Below, piece by piece: positions 19,776 through 34,010 of a DNA stretch of 64,000 nt. A program made the translations under genes and the position numbers. Within the stretch, counting starts at the first letter, position 1. Every line of letters begins with the position of its first letter. Under the pieces are notes generated by a model that saw only the letters and a list, made by a program, of their open reading frames with translations, did not search any database and was not told the DNA's origin. Source of the DNA: the human T2T-CHM13v2.0 reference genome, Homo sapiens; NCBI RefSeq assembly GCF_009914755.1, contig NC_060935.1; one strand, 5' to 3'.

Positions 19776-19965
19776 TTTTTTTTTTTTTTTTTTTTTTGAG
19801 ACAGGGTCTCACACTGTCACCCAGGCTGGAGTGCAGTAGCATAATCTGGGCTCACTGCAGCCTCCACCTTCCCCATTCAAGCCATCCTTCTACCTCAGCC
19901 ACCTGAGTAACTAAGCCTACAGGCGTGAACAACAATGCCTGACCAAAACTTTTTTTTTGTAGCGA
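19776..19965 (-). mobile_element. AluJ-like partial element (right arm) within old L1M sequence
   Basis: Long T tract followed by gagacagggtctcacactgtcacccaggctggagtgcagt. Confidence 0.85.
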
Positions 19966-22900
19966 TATAAACATTTTAGAAAAGAAGATAATACATAGAG
20001 TTCCCACGCACCTTGCACTCAGCTTTCACTATTATAAACATCTTACATTAGCATAGTACATTTGTTAACAATTTATGAACCAATATTGGTACATCATTAT
20101 GAAATAGAGTTAACAGTGTACTTGGATGTCCTTAGTTTTTACCGGATGGCTTTATTTTTGTAGTCCAGAATCTCATCCAGGATTCTACATTAAATATAGT
20201 TGTCATGTCTCCTTAGACTTCTCTTTGCTGTGACAGTTTCTCAGACCTTACTTGTTTTTTATGACCTTAACAGTTTTGAAGAATACTTGTCAAGTATTTT
20301 GTAGGATGTCCCTCCATTGGACATCCATTGTAGGATGTCCCTCCATTGGACACTTCTTCTGTTTTTGTGTCCTGCAACTACTCTTTCCTCATTATAAATT
20401 ACCCCATTTCAGGTATTCTGTTACAGAAATAGACGGTAACAGAAGATGGACTGGACCTAAAACAACGTTGAACCTTGGGGGCCTTTCAATGTACCCCTTT
20501 CCTCTTCTCTTGGCTAATGTAATCTTTCAAACAACAGGAAATTGTTTTTTCTAAGACTGTCCCTCTATCCCACATATGGATATAGTGTGTCAAATAAGTC
20601 CTCTCCCGCAGTTCAAGGGATTAGCAAATGATCAATTCTGCCCTCCTTTAGTGGCTCTAGTAAAGGGCCATAGGTGAAAAGTCAATGTCCTGTATTCTAG
20701 TGAAAATTCTTCCAAAGATTCTGCTATGGTCAAGAAGACCTTTGGTGTGAGCACCACAGTAAGTTACACTGCTTCCATCTCATGTCCTCTAGTTCTGGAT
20801 GGCCAAAGTAATTCCTCCATTAATTCTGATGCAGGTCTTTGAATAAAACTCTGAGAAATTAACACTAGAATGTTTTCTCCTAGAGGTATCATTATACCCA
20901 CTTTACAGTTTTGGAAACTGAGGCTAAGTGATTTGCCAAGGTCAAAGTACTATGGAGCAAAACTGGGACTTGAACTTGGGCCTGTCTCAACAGTCCATGG
21001 AGCTATTAACTGTTGTCCCAGCACCTGCCATATGTAAAGCACCCAGCTCAGTGTTTCAGAAACAGCAGGGACTCTTCCAGCATTTTTTCTATTTCCTCTT
21101 TTTTTTTTTTTTCTGAAGCACGTATATAACTCTCTGATGTCTGAGCAGATATCAGTAGGTTGAATATTGAGGTATTCTGGAGTACTGTTTTTTACATGGA
21201 AAGCTATAAAGGCAGAAAAGTGTGCAAAAAACCCAGGGGTGTAACTGTTCATGAGAGCAATCCTAAAACTCAAGTACAAAGGAAACTCAAGTACAAAGGA
21301 TGACCCTGCTTTCCTTTTTAAAAGGGGGAGGAGAGAAGCATGTAGCTTACTGGTTAAGATCCCTTCATGAGCCAGGCATACCACCTTTGAATCCCTCTTA
21401 ATAGCTCTGTAATCTTAGACAAGCAAGTAACTTGTCTAAGGTTCAATTCCCTCAGTGGTAAAATGGAGGGGACAGTATCACCTCCATCAGGTTGTTTGGA
21501 TGAGTAAATGAGTTATGATATGTAAAGCCATTACAATAGTTCCTGGCATGTAGCTAACATTACTAATCAGTGTACAATGGACAGGGGGCAGAAGAGAGGC
21601 CCACTCCAGAATGTGAAACATGCTAGGAAATTGCCTGTGAACGTCTGGCAGCAGCATGAGAAGCAGGATCGAGCAGAATTGCATAACAAGATTATGTTCC
21701 AGTGACAGAACCATATTTACAGTTTTAGCCAAGAGCTGAGTGCTTACTGTAGCCTCACCTGGCACTGTTGGGGCACCTTGCCCATCCTATGAGCTCCTTA
21801 CAAGTTTGGGGATTAGGTACTATTATCCCCATGTATAAGTAATGAACTAAGACAATAAATGAAAGAGCTGAGATTTGGACCACAGTCTAACTGGTTCTAC
21901 TGCTTACGCTCTTTACAATGCTGGATACCACTTTATAGGTAAGGCAGTAGTAGTAAAAGGCTTTGCACCCTGACTGCCTGTCTAAAAGAAAGTTGGGATG
22001 AAAATGCTAGTGATAAGATCATGCAGACTTACAAAAGAAGTGGCCTATCCTAGGACTCTGCCTTTTGAGGAAAAACACCTCTTCTGTTTCTGTGTCCTGC
22101 CAACTACTCTTCCCCCTTTGGGACCCCTTGAACAGCTTTCCTCTTTAAGCCTCATTGCCAATACCCACTCCCCACTCCCAGCTTTTGCTCTTCTGTAAGA
22201 ACCAGGGAAAGACCGCTATCATGCCCCATATGCTAGAAGTTGGTCGTTTCCACAAGCATTTATTTCCTGGGAGAGAACTGGGGGTTCTTGAAGCAATGCC
22301 TAGAATGACAGAGAAAGGGCTGGATACTGGATAAAATTCAGTGGGCTCAAACTCCTGGATTCCAAGGACCAGAACAATGGTAAGAAGGGACAATGCAGGA
22401 GCTGCTTGATAACAACAGCCAACATTTATAAGGTTATTGTATGTACATTATCTTGTTGTACTCTTGTTCCCAACCATAAGCCCATGAGGAAGGCAATGTG
22501 GTGGTCATTTTCAGCATGAGGAAGCAGAGGTCTGAGAAGGTGTGGCTTGAGGGTTTCAGGACCAAGCCCAGTGCTGGGTAAGCACACCTCACAACCTGCT
22601 CAGTCTTAAACATAATTTGGGACCGAGGGACACACTGGAAATGAATGTGGACCTTTGAAATAGTGTTTATTGCCTAGACGCAACCTAACAGTACCCCAAG
22701 GTCAACTTTCTCTCCACCTCATACTATTTGTGGCAGACTCTCTGAGAAGCAGAGTAGAAAGCGGATGAGTGGGGAAAAATGCAACCTTCTTTACCCAGGA
22801 AAGAAGTAACTCAGCAGGAATCTTCTCAGAAGTCCAAGTCTGAGGCTTGACCAACTGCCTTTGAACTCAGGGCTCAAGGTCTGTGTCTGCAAACACCAGC

Positions 22901-25900
22901 CCTCAGTGATCAGAAACTCAGGAAACATCAGGGTCACCACATGAGAGGGACTCTTTCCTTTTCCAGCTCTTAGGGCTTCCTCTGGGCACCAGAAATTAGT
23001 GACATTTTCTTCAGCTGCCATTGTTAAGAAAGAAATTTGATAAACTAATTCATGATCTGGGGGTGACATCAGCAAGATGCTGACCAGAAACTTCTGGCAC
23101 TCTTCCCCTCCACGAAAAAGAAAAAAAAATGTTTGGATTCAGGGTCCCCCGGGGAGTATTCTAAGCTACTTAATACATGTTTAGTGTGAATCTCAACATT
23201 CTAGGATTTTGTATTAGAAAACACAATACTGAAGGATGAAAATTGTTAACCCGAAGGGTGACTCTGATGGTGGAGGGTCAGGCTGTGTGGCATCTGGGTC
23301 CAGTCATAAAATGTAATGGTAGTAATCATGATAAAATAGCGACCAGATATTAGACATTTATTATGTGTCAGGCACTATGCTACAGTTTACATGTCTTATT
23401 TAAAGATCATAACAGCATTATTATCCCCATTTTCAGATGAGAAACAGGCTTTTTGAACAAGTTTGAAATGCATATTCATATGGAGATTTAGAAAAAAGGC
23501 AGTCTGGATCTCAGAAGAGGATGTAGAGAGGAAGATGAAGACGTGTGGGTCATCAGCCTGTAGAGGGTATTTAGAGCTATGTGATGAGATAACTGGAGGA
23601 GATAATAGAGCAAAAAGGCCAAGGACTGAGCAAGTCATGTAAATTATATAGCCTCAGGTTTTTTGTACTATAAAGGAAAATTTTAAACCTGAAATTCAAG
23701 CCACCAGGTATTATTATAATTAACAGTGGTGTTGTTGTTATTGTTGTTTTGTACAACTTTTATGCATCTGCCTGCATAGATGCTGTGCCAAATAAGCACA
23801 GTGCTTTATGTCTGGTTTTCAGATTGTTGCCTATGCTCTGACTGAGCTGCTTGCTAAGAATCCTCCTGAATGAATGGAGTTAGATTTGTGCCTGCTGATT
23901 GGCTTCTGAGGAGCAGCTCGGAGGACGAGAGGGCATCAGAATGAATGAAGTGCCCAAAAGAGGGCCGCCATGCCAACACCTCATAAAGCCAGAGTGGTGA
24001 CCCTGAATGGTGGGAGGTGGGCCAGGAGACAGAATGGTAAATGACTGGCAAGTAGCGAGAACCAAAAAATAACTTGACAATTAAAAATAAAACAAATCAT
24101 AGTTCAAATTATGCCCCAATTGTACTTGTGATACTAAAATTTTGACTACTCCATCAATTTTGAAACTGTGGAGACCCACGTAATTCACAGGTGCCCAAGT
24201 GGAGAGTTTCCTTCAGAGTGCCTTTGGACATGCATCCTAGATCTCTATTTGGGGAAGAAGCTTTTCTGGGATGGGGATGGGAGTGTGGAAGTGTTGCCAA
24301 AAATTTCACTTTCTTATAGCATGTGTGAGCATGCAACCTTGGAAAATTTCTAAAACTTGGAGAAAAGGCTGTGTCCTTTTATAACCTTTGATTTTTATCA
24401 TTTTGGCACAAGATTCAGCCTTTGAAATTATAAGAGTTCTTTTTTCTTAGTATTTTTACATCTTCTAAATGTCCTAGTACTCTTTCTTCTCCACCACCCT
24501 CCAAATGCTGCCAAGAGTTCTGGTGCCACATCGTTCCAGTGCGCCTTGTTCCCTCTTCTCACCTGACTGAGTTTTCACCTCTCATCTGCTGCCCATCTGC
24601 ACTTTAATGATAAAAATCTACCTCAGCTCAAGGCCCCAAGAAGATGATGTTCTATTCCCCTAACTCCATGCACTGAACCCAAGCTGTTCCTGGAACAATG
24701 GTCCCAGGCTTATCAGGACTACAAATCACTGAACTACTGTCTCCACAACCCACCTTCCACCCAGACTAGAGCTTCATGAAGCTCCCAGAAAGACCCACTA
24801 CATTCTTGCCTAACCTTGAGAACAGGGATTCAATCTAACTTCCCTTGGCACTTTAGGTCATAGCCAGGGGAGATATTTCTTTCAGGGCCTCTTCTTCTTG
24901 GTTTTAGTTATACAACACTTCCTTCTGCAGTTTCATCATTTTATTCTTTTCTCTGAGCCTTTTTTCAAGTTTAGTGCTTAGAAAAAAGTCTCCTTCCAGC
25001 TTCCAGTGCCGCCTTCTTTCATTCCTGCAAGCAGTTCCAGCATCCCAGCTTCTCCTTCCTGCACTCAGAGGAGCAGAACAAATTAGTTGTCTGCCTTTTG
25101 CCCTGCACAAACCCAAGGCTCACAGGACTCCATTTTAATTGATTCAATTCAGCAAATGCTTACATATTGAAAAAAGAATGGGCTCCAGGTGAGCAACATG
25201 GAGGCCATAACAAAAATAGCAATAGCAGGAATGGAGAGGAGAATGGTAGTAGTTTGTGATGAGTGCTGAATAGACTAGACTCTGTCACTGGTTGAATGTG
25301 GAACAAGGGAGGAAAAGGAGTCAAAGGTAATGCTGACTATATCCATATCATGGCTCTAGGCTAAGCTATGGGAACACAAAAGAGGAAATGGGTCAGAGGG
25401 GGCGTGCTGAAAAAACAAACATTTATACCAAGATGTGAGGTTGAACAGAAGTTTTCTAAGCAAGGAAAGGAGTGGCAAAAGCATATGTAAAAGAGAGGGG
25501 CTTACTTAGGGAACTTAGAAAGGGTCTTCATTGTTGAAGCCTCTGGTGCAAGCTGAGTGGGACTGAATGCAAAGGCAGCAACTAGGTGAGAGCAGTACCC
25601 TACCCTCCAAGGAGCTTCCCCAGGATCTTCCCACTTTCCCCAAATGACCAGGGACTCAGCTGCCTTTCTTTCCTCCCTAGAATTCTACTGTCCACTGTAT
25701 CTTTTGGAGATTTTTCTCCATTTATGCCCAGCCACAGAGTAGGCCACTAGGTTCTGTCTCGCTATTTGTACTTTTTGGTTTCAGGATTTTATTGTCAATC
25801 ACTTCAAGCACAGAAATATTAAAGGGTTTTAAAAATCATACTAAGTTCTTATAATCCTTGATCTATGGAAACCAGCTCCCTTCTTTCCACATTTGGTCAC

Positions 25901-26109
25901 TATAGCGCCATGGTTAGGAGTTAGACTAGTCTCTGTTTCAATTTGGATTCTCCACTGTCTAGTTGTGAGAGATTGTGTGGGTTTTAACCTCTCTAGCATC
26001 AGTTTTCAACAGAAAAAAAAAATAACAGTATCTGTCCGACAACATCATAAGTACAAAATTAGTACATGTAAGCTATTTAGTTGTTTTAAAATAGTATACC
26101 TTTTGAGGA

Positions 26110-29100
26110 GGGCTGGAAGTAACACCAGTGAAAAAAAACAAAAGAGGGAATTCCAGTAACCTCCACAAACACACACACAAATTCACACAAAATTTGTCAG
26201 AATCAACCTTATCAGAACTCTGGAAAATATCCAAAGATTTACATTAACCAAAAAAATGATGAATCAGAATAAGATGACTTCAACACAGTAGGAAAGGTTT
26301 GCAGCATTTTTAAGTTAAACTTTGTTGAGCTTGCTCCCTGGCATAGTTGAAATCTTAAAGACAACAGCCTATATTCCTGGTCATAGGCTGGAAATTACCT
26401 GATTTCAGAGGGAACAAAGTTGATCTTGTTCCCAAAAAATTGTTTGTCTGTTTTGACTTGTCTGCTCTTGCCTTTATTTTACCTAATTTGTAACTCTCTC
26501 AGTGTGAAAAATCAGCTAAGTGGTGGCTTTCCTTGAAAACATTGAAAAGCAAATGAATGAGCTGCTGAAACCTTGGACAATGGAATAGAGTTGAGACAAC
26601 AACAGACATGCCAAAAACCTCAGGGAAAACTCTGGGAAGAGAGTTACTTCAGTGAATAATGACTCTAGAAAGCTCTCAAGAATAATAGAAAATTACATAC
26701 ATGTTCAGAACAGGAATGACTTGAGAATATCTTGAGCTTTAACTTTTATCTGATCTTTAGGCTCAAGTAGGGAGTGAAGGCTAAGGCAGAGTTGACAAAA
26801 TGGACTGGCCTAGCATTGAAAGAGTGCCCCAACACAGAGCCAATCTGCAAAGACTGGAAGAATTTTGTGTTTGTCTGCTTTTTATTTCAGGCATTTAAGG
26901 AACTTTTGGCAATTTGAGTATGGTGTGTAAGTGTAGATCTTTTTTTATTTTATTCTATCTGGAGTTCCTTGAGTTTCTAGAATATGAAGATTCATGTATT
27001 TTATCAAACTGCAGAGGTTTGGGGACTTTATTTTTTTCCAAATATTATTTTGCCCTTTTCTCTCTACTCTTTCTGGAATTTATTTCATGTGTATATTGGT
27101 GTGCTTCATGGTGTGTCACAGGTCTCTAAAGCTCTGTTCATTTTTTATGCTTTTTTTCTTTCTGCTCCTTACTCTGGATAATTTCAGTTGATCTATCTTT
27201 AAGTTTTATAATTCTTTATTCTACCTGCTCAAGTATCTTGTTAAACCCCTCTAGTAAATTTATTTCAGTTATTGCACTTTTCAATTCCAGAATTTCAATT
27301 TGGCTCCTTTGTTATAATTTCTGTCCTTTATTTCTATTCTGTACTTGTTGACAAGTTGTTTTCCTAGTTTCCTTTAGTTCTTTATCTATTGTTTCCTTTG
27401 AGTCTTTAATCCAAAAAGAAAGATCTCAACTCAATAGCCTTACTTTCCATCTAAGAAACTAGAAAAAGCAAAGCAAACTAAACCTAAAAGAAGCAGAAAA
27501 AAGGAGGAACAGAGATTAGAATTGAAATAAACAAAATAGAGAATAGAAAACAGTAGAGAAAATCAATAAAACCAAAAGTTAGTTTAGGAATAAATCAACA
27601 AAACTGACAAACCTTTAGCTATTCTGACTAACAAAAAAAGAGAGAGAAATGTAAAATTCCTAAAATTAGAAATGATGAGGGGTATATTACTACTGGTCCT
27701 ACTGAAATAAAAAGGACTATAAAGGAATACTGTCAACAACTATATGCAAACAAATTAGATAACCTAGGTAAAATGGACATGTTCCAAGAAACATAGAAAC
27801 TATTACTGACTCAAGAAGAAATATACAATCTGAATAGAGCTATAACAAGTAAAAAGATTTAATTAATAATCAGAAACCTTTCTTCAAAGAAAAGTCCAGC
27901 CACCAATGGCTTCATTAGTATACTCTACCAAATATTTAAAGATAAACACCAATCTTTTACAAACTTTTTCAATAAAAGAAGTGGAAGGAACACTTCTAAA
28001 TTCATTCTATGAGGACAGCATTACCCTCAGATGGTCTGGCAAGTCTCATGTTGAACTGTTAGAGGTGGGGCCTTGTGGGAGGTGATTGGATTATGGGGGT
28101 AATTTCTAATGGTTTAGCACCATCCCCCTAGTGCTGTCTCCTGATAAAATTCTCATGTGATCTGGTTGTTTAAAAGTATATAGCTCTTCCCCCTTCACTG
28201 TTCTTCTTCCTGTTCCCACCATGTAAGATGTACCTCCTTCCTTTTCACCTTCCGCCATGATTTTAAGTTTCCTGAGGCCTCCACAGCCATGCTTCCTATA
28301 CAGCCTGTGGAATCATGAGGCAACTAAGCCTCTTTTCTTTATAATTACTAGTCTCAGGCAGTTCTTTATAGCAATGCAAGAATGGGCTAATACACCCTGA
28401 CACTCAAACTAGAAAAAAAATTAGAAGAAAATGAAACTATAAATCAATATAACTAATGACTATAGATATAAAAATTATCAACAAAATACTATCAAACCAG
28501 ACTTCAGGAAAATATATTTAGAAAGATCATATACCATGACCAAAGGGGATTTACCACATAAAGCTTAATTAAATATACAAATATTAATTAATGTAATACA
28601 TGACTAGAATAATACATAAATAGAATATATGATTAGAGTAATAATAATAGACACATGACTATCTCGATAGAGAGAAAGTATTTGAGAAAATTCAACACCA
28701 ACATCCTTTCACAATAAAAAAGTTATAAACCAGTAATAGAAGAAGAGAACTTCCCCAATATGATAAAGGGCATCTAGGAAAAACCCTCATCATATATAAT
28801 GGGAAAGATTGAAAGTTTTTTCCCAGGATCTAGAACAAAATATGGATGTCCACAGTTTTCATTTCTATTTAACATTGTACTGGAGGTTCCAGCCAGGGCA
28901 ATTAGGCAAGAAAAAAATAAAAGGCATCCAAATTTTAAAAGATAAAGTAAAACCATCTGTATTTAGAGATAACATAATCTTTTATATTGAAAATCCTAAG
29001 GCATTCACACAAAAAAACCATGAGAGCTAATAAATCAATTCAGCAAAGTTGAAGGATACAAGATTAACAGGCAAAAATTAATTATATTTCTATACACTAG

Positions 29101-29985
29101 CAATGAACAATCTGAGAATAAATTTTTAAAGAAATATCCAATTAATAAGCATCAAAAAGAATAAAATAGTTATGAATAATGTTAACAGAAGTACAAGACT
29201 TTTACACTGAAAGCTACAAGTCACTGAAAGAAATTAAAACAGACAGAAATAAATGTAAATAAATTCTTTGTTCATGGATTGGAAGACTTAGCATTGTTAA
29301 CATGGCAATATTCCCCAAAGCAATCTTGAGATTCAGTGCAATCCCTATCAAAACCTCAGTTTTTATTTTTGCAAAAATTGACAAACGGATACTAAAAATC
29401 ATATGGAAATGCAAGGGCCTAGAATACCCAAAACAATCTGTCAAAAGGAGAGCAAATTTGAAGGACATACCCTTTTCCAATTTAAAAATATAGTACAAAG
29501 CTACATATAGTAACAAAAATAGTGTGGTGCTAGCATATGAATAGACTTTTAGATCAATGGAATAGAATTGAGAGTCTAAAAATAAATCTTTATATTATAG
29601 TCAATTGACTTTTGAAAACGGTGTTAAGACCATTCAATAGGGAAAATAGTCTTTTTAACAAATGATGCGAGGGAAACTGGATATGCACATGGGAAGGAAT
29701 AAAGTTGGACTCCTGCTTTACACTATACACAAAATTAAGTTAAAGTGGATCAAAGGCCTAAATCTAAGAACTGTAACTATAACATTACTAGAAGAAAATA
29801 TAGGCATAAATATTCATGGCACTGGATTAGATAATGGCCTTAGTTATGACCCTGAAAGCATAGCAACAGTAATAACAAAAAATAGATAAAATACACTTCA
29901 TCAAAATAAAAAACTTTAGTATTATACTTCAAAAGACACTATCAAGAAAATAGAAAACAAGTCACAGAATGGGAAAAAACATTTA
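26110..29985. mobile_element. Nested old L1M fragments (mixed orientation; ORF2 on + from about 27410)
   Basis: Degenerate ORF2 motifs such as MAIFPKAILRFSAIPIK (29302) and SVFRDNIIFYIENPK. Confidence 0.8.
28030..28394 (+). mobile_element. MST-family (MaLR) solo LTR inserted in L1M
   Basis: aggtgattggattatggggg ... ccttccgccatgattttaagtttcctgaggcctcc ... gctaataca terminus. Confidence 0.85.
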
Positions 29986-32290
29986 GGTCCAGGAGAGCCT
30001 TTTCAAGGACTTCAATAGCAAGCCTGCCCCCACAAATCCTGCTAGAAAGCCTGCCTAGAATCTCTGGAAAGGCTAACTGATAAAGGGCTTTCCCTGTCAA
30101 AATCAGTCTGTAAAAACTAGAATACGTGCCTACTTCTTCAAACGTTCAGATTTCAACATATGGCCAAATGGATTATGAATAATCAAGGAAACATGACACT
30201 ACCAAAACAAAACAATAAAATAAAATATCAGTAACTGAGCCTAAAGAAAAAGGGATCTACGAACTGCCAAAGAATTCAAACTAATTATCTTAAAGAAACT
30301 CAATGAGTGACAACAGGACAAAAATAGATACTAAATAGAATCAGAAAAATAATACATGAACAAAATTAGGAGTTCAACAAAGAGATAGAAACCCCTAAAA
30401 AAAAGAACCAAATACATTCTAGAGCTAAAAACAGAATTACAGCATTACAAATTTTCACAGAAAGCTTTAACAGCAGAATCAATCCAGCAGAAGAATCAGT
30501 AAGCTTAAAGACAGGTTATTTGATATTACCTAGTCAGAGAAACAAAAAGAAAAAAGAATGAAAAAAAGTTTAGAAATCCTATGGGACTTATGGGATGCCA
30601 CCAAGTAAACTGATATTATAGGAATTCCAGAGGAATGGAAAAAAAGAAATGAGCAGAAAGCTTATTTAAATAAACAACGACAGAAAATGTCCCAAATTCG
30701 AAGAGGAAAATGAACATTCAGATCCATGAAGCCCAAAAAATCAAAGTAATAGTAATCAAAACAGCACATTATTGCCATAAAAACAGACATTTAAATTGAT
30801 GAAACAGAGTAGAGAGACCAGAAATAAATTCATGCATTTATAGTCAATTGATCTTTGACATAGATGCCAAGAACACAAAACAGGGAAAGGACAGTCTCTT
30901 CAATAAATGGTGTTGGGAGAACCAGATATTCACATGCAGAAGCATAAATTGAACCCTTTCTTACACTATATATTTTTTTAAAAACTCAAAATTCAGTAAA
31001 GACTTAATCATAAGACCTAAAACTGTAAAATTACCAGAAGAAATCAGAGGAAAAAATCTTCTTGACACTGGTCTGGGCAATTAATTTTGTGTATGATCCT
31101 AAAAGTACAGGCAATAAAAATAGACAAATGAGATTGCACCAAATGAAAATGCTTCTTTACTGCTAGGAAACAGCAGAGTAATGAGACAATCTACAAAATG
31201 GGAGAAAATATTTATAAAGCATTTATACCTGACAAGGAGTTAATATCCAAAGTTTACAAGGAACTCAACTCAATAGCAAGAAAACAAACAACCTAATTAA
31301 AAATGAGCAAAAGACCAGAATTGGTATTTCTCAAAAGAAGATATACGAATAACCAGAAAGTTATGAAAAAATGCTCAGCATCAGTAACCATCAGGGAAAC
31401 GCCAATCAAAACAACAATGAGATATAACCTCACACTTTTATTAGAATTGCTATTATCAAAAAGACAAAAGGTAAGTTTTGGGGAGGATGTGGAGAAATGG
31501 GAACACTTGTGCACTGTTAGTGGGAATATAAATTAGTATGCTCATAATGGAAAACACTATGGAGGTTACTCACAAAATTAAAATAGAACTACCATATGTT
31601 CCAGAAATCCCTCTTTTGGGTACATATTCAAAGGAAATGAAATCAGTTTCTCAAAGAGATATCTGCACTTTCATGTTTATTGCAGCATTATTCACAGTAG
31701 ATGAACTATGAAATCAACATAACTGTCCATTGAAAGGTGAATGGACAAAGAAACCGTGAGGCACATGCACACACACATACACACACAATGGAATACCCTT
31801 CAGCCTTAAAAAAAAGAAGAAAATTCTACCATTTGTGACAACATGAATGTATTTGAAGGATGTTATGCTAAATGAAGGAAGCCAGGCACAGAAAAACAAA
31901 TACCACATGATCTCAATTATATGTGAAATCTTAAAAAGTTGAACTAGTAGAAGTAGAGAGTAGAATGATAGTTACCAGAGGCTGGCATGCTGAGGAGGAA
32001 AGGAATGGGGAGTTGTTGATTAAAGGGTACAAAGTTTCAAGTAAATAGGAGGAATAAGTTTTGAGATCTATTGCACAGCAAGGTGACTATATTCAACAAT
32101 AATATTTTGTACATTTCAAAATAGCTAAGAGAGTAAATCTCAAATGTCTCGCTAAAGAAAATAATAAGCAAGGTGATGTTAATTAGCTTGATTTGATCAC
32201 CCCACATTGTATATATATTTCAAAACATCACACTGAACCCCACAAATGTATACAATTATGATTCATCAATTTAAAATAATATTAATAAAA
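29986..32290 (+). mobile_element. L1MA-like element with large internal gap (ORF1 start joined to late ORF2 and 3'UTR)
   Basis: ORF1-like sequence at about 30190-30740, abrupt switch to late ORF2 near 30742, then an L1MA-type 3'UTR (taaagggtacaaagtttca...) ending near 32290. Confidence 0.75.
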
Positions 32291-33149
32291 CATTAGTGTG
32301 AGGAAGGAGAAGGAAGAGAGAATATTAAAAATTACACTATGTTTTCAACTTCACATAAATAAGGAACAGGTAACTAGAAATAGTTGTGTATAAAATTGCA
32401 AACGCTTGTTTCTTGATATTACACTCAAGAATAATAAAACTTTTCTGACATGTACTAAAAAAAAAGAAAAAATGTTAAGCAAAAAATAAAAATAAAGACA
32501 TAACAGTGGACTTAGTAAGTACTGCATAAATGTTATTTATAGTTTTTTAAATTTACGTATGTTTTGTGTACTTCGTATGTATTTGATATTTCTCAATGGA
32601 AAGAAGCACAAAATTAAAAGATATATGATAAGTTAGAGGTGTCAGTGGCTGGGACACTGCTACCCTTTGAACATGCCATGTTTTGCCAGTCTAATGAGTG
32701 TTTGTTGCTCCACACACTAGTTCTAGAGGCACTATATGAACACTCTAGTACTGAAAGCCATGCTGATTCTTTATGGCCATTTGTTATTGCCACCACAGCG
32801 TGATTTTAGTCCCTCTGTGTGAGGATGGAATGCTAATCAAAGCTTCAATAGAACAGAAGTTTGAACTCAAGTGACCTCATTCTTTTTTTCTCAAAACTGA
32901 AAATCTTCCCTAAGCTTCCATGATCAAAAAAGGAAAAAAATACTTATCTTTTCTATGGCTTGGAAGTTCTTCTCAGTGAGAATTCAGCACCTACAAGCAA
33001 CATCATGACACTGCACTAGTGGCTACCAACACCCAACTTATTCTTTCTCTTTTTAAATTGTTTATTTGAGAAGCACAAAATGTATGTGTAGAATTTCCTA
33101 AAATATATATAAACAATGCAAGGAAAAATTATTAGACTCATGCACAAAA

Positions 33150-34010
33150 CATTTTTGAAACAATTTTACTGAGGTAGAGATTACATATATTAAAATGAAC
33201 ACATTTAAGTGTAGATTTCATTGAGTTTTGACAGTGTGCACAGCTGTGTAACCACCACCATAATCAAGATATAGGACATTTCCATAATCTCAAAAAGCAT
33301 CCTCATGCCCTTTGCAATCAACACCAAACCCAACTTCCATCCCCTGTAACCACTCCTCTACTTTCTGTCACTAAGATAAATTTTGACTGCTATAGTATTT
33401 CAAACAAAGAGAATCAAGCACTTTTTGTGTGTATATTCTTTCCCTCAGTATAATGCTTTTACCCTAGAGGAAAGAAAACACATGTTCCCACAGAAACCTA
33501 GAAAGGAATGTTCATAGTAACTTTCTTTGTAATATCCTCAAACTAGAAAGAACACAGATATTCCTCTAAGGGTGAAAGGGTAAACAAAGTGTGGTACATT
33601 CATACAATTGAATACTATTCAGCAATAAAAAAGAATGAACTATTGATACTTGCAACAATTGGATTGCTCTCAAGGCTATTATGCCAAATGAAAAAATCCA
33701 CTTGCAGAGGATTGCATACTAAATGATTCCCTTTATGTGGTGATGGACAATTATGTATCCTGCTTTAGTGGTTTTACACAAACCTACACAATTGATAAAA
33801 TTTCATAGTAATATACACCAAAAAAAGTATATGTAAAACCGAAGAAACTCAAATAAGGTCCGTAAGTTAATAGTTAATAGTATTGTACCAAGGTCTATTT
33901 TCTGGTTTAGAAAATGTATTGATTTTTGAAGATGTTATCATTGGGAAAGCTGGGTAAAAAAATACATAGAAGCTATTTTTTTGTAACTTCTTGCGATTTC
34001 AAAATAAACA
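33150..34010. mobile_element. Old L1M 3' fragments (- then +)
   Basis: tgtaaccaccaccataatcaagata on the antisense piece; gaatactattcagcaataaaaaagaatgaac on the sense piece. Confidence 0.7.

Noticed and set aside
23765-23810. RCCAK*AQC motif
   Set aside because: It has an in-frame stop and no CN, and it resembles a MIR/L2 terminal sequence.
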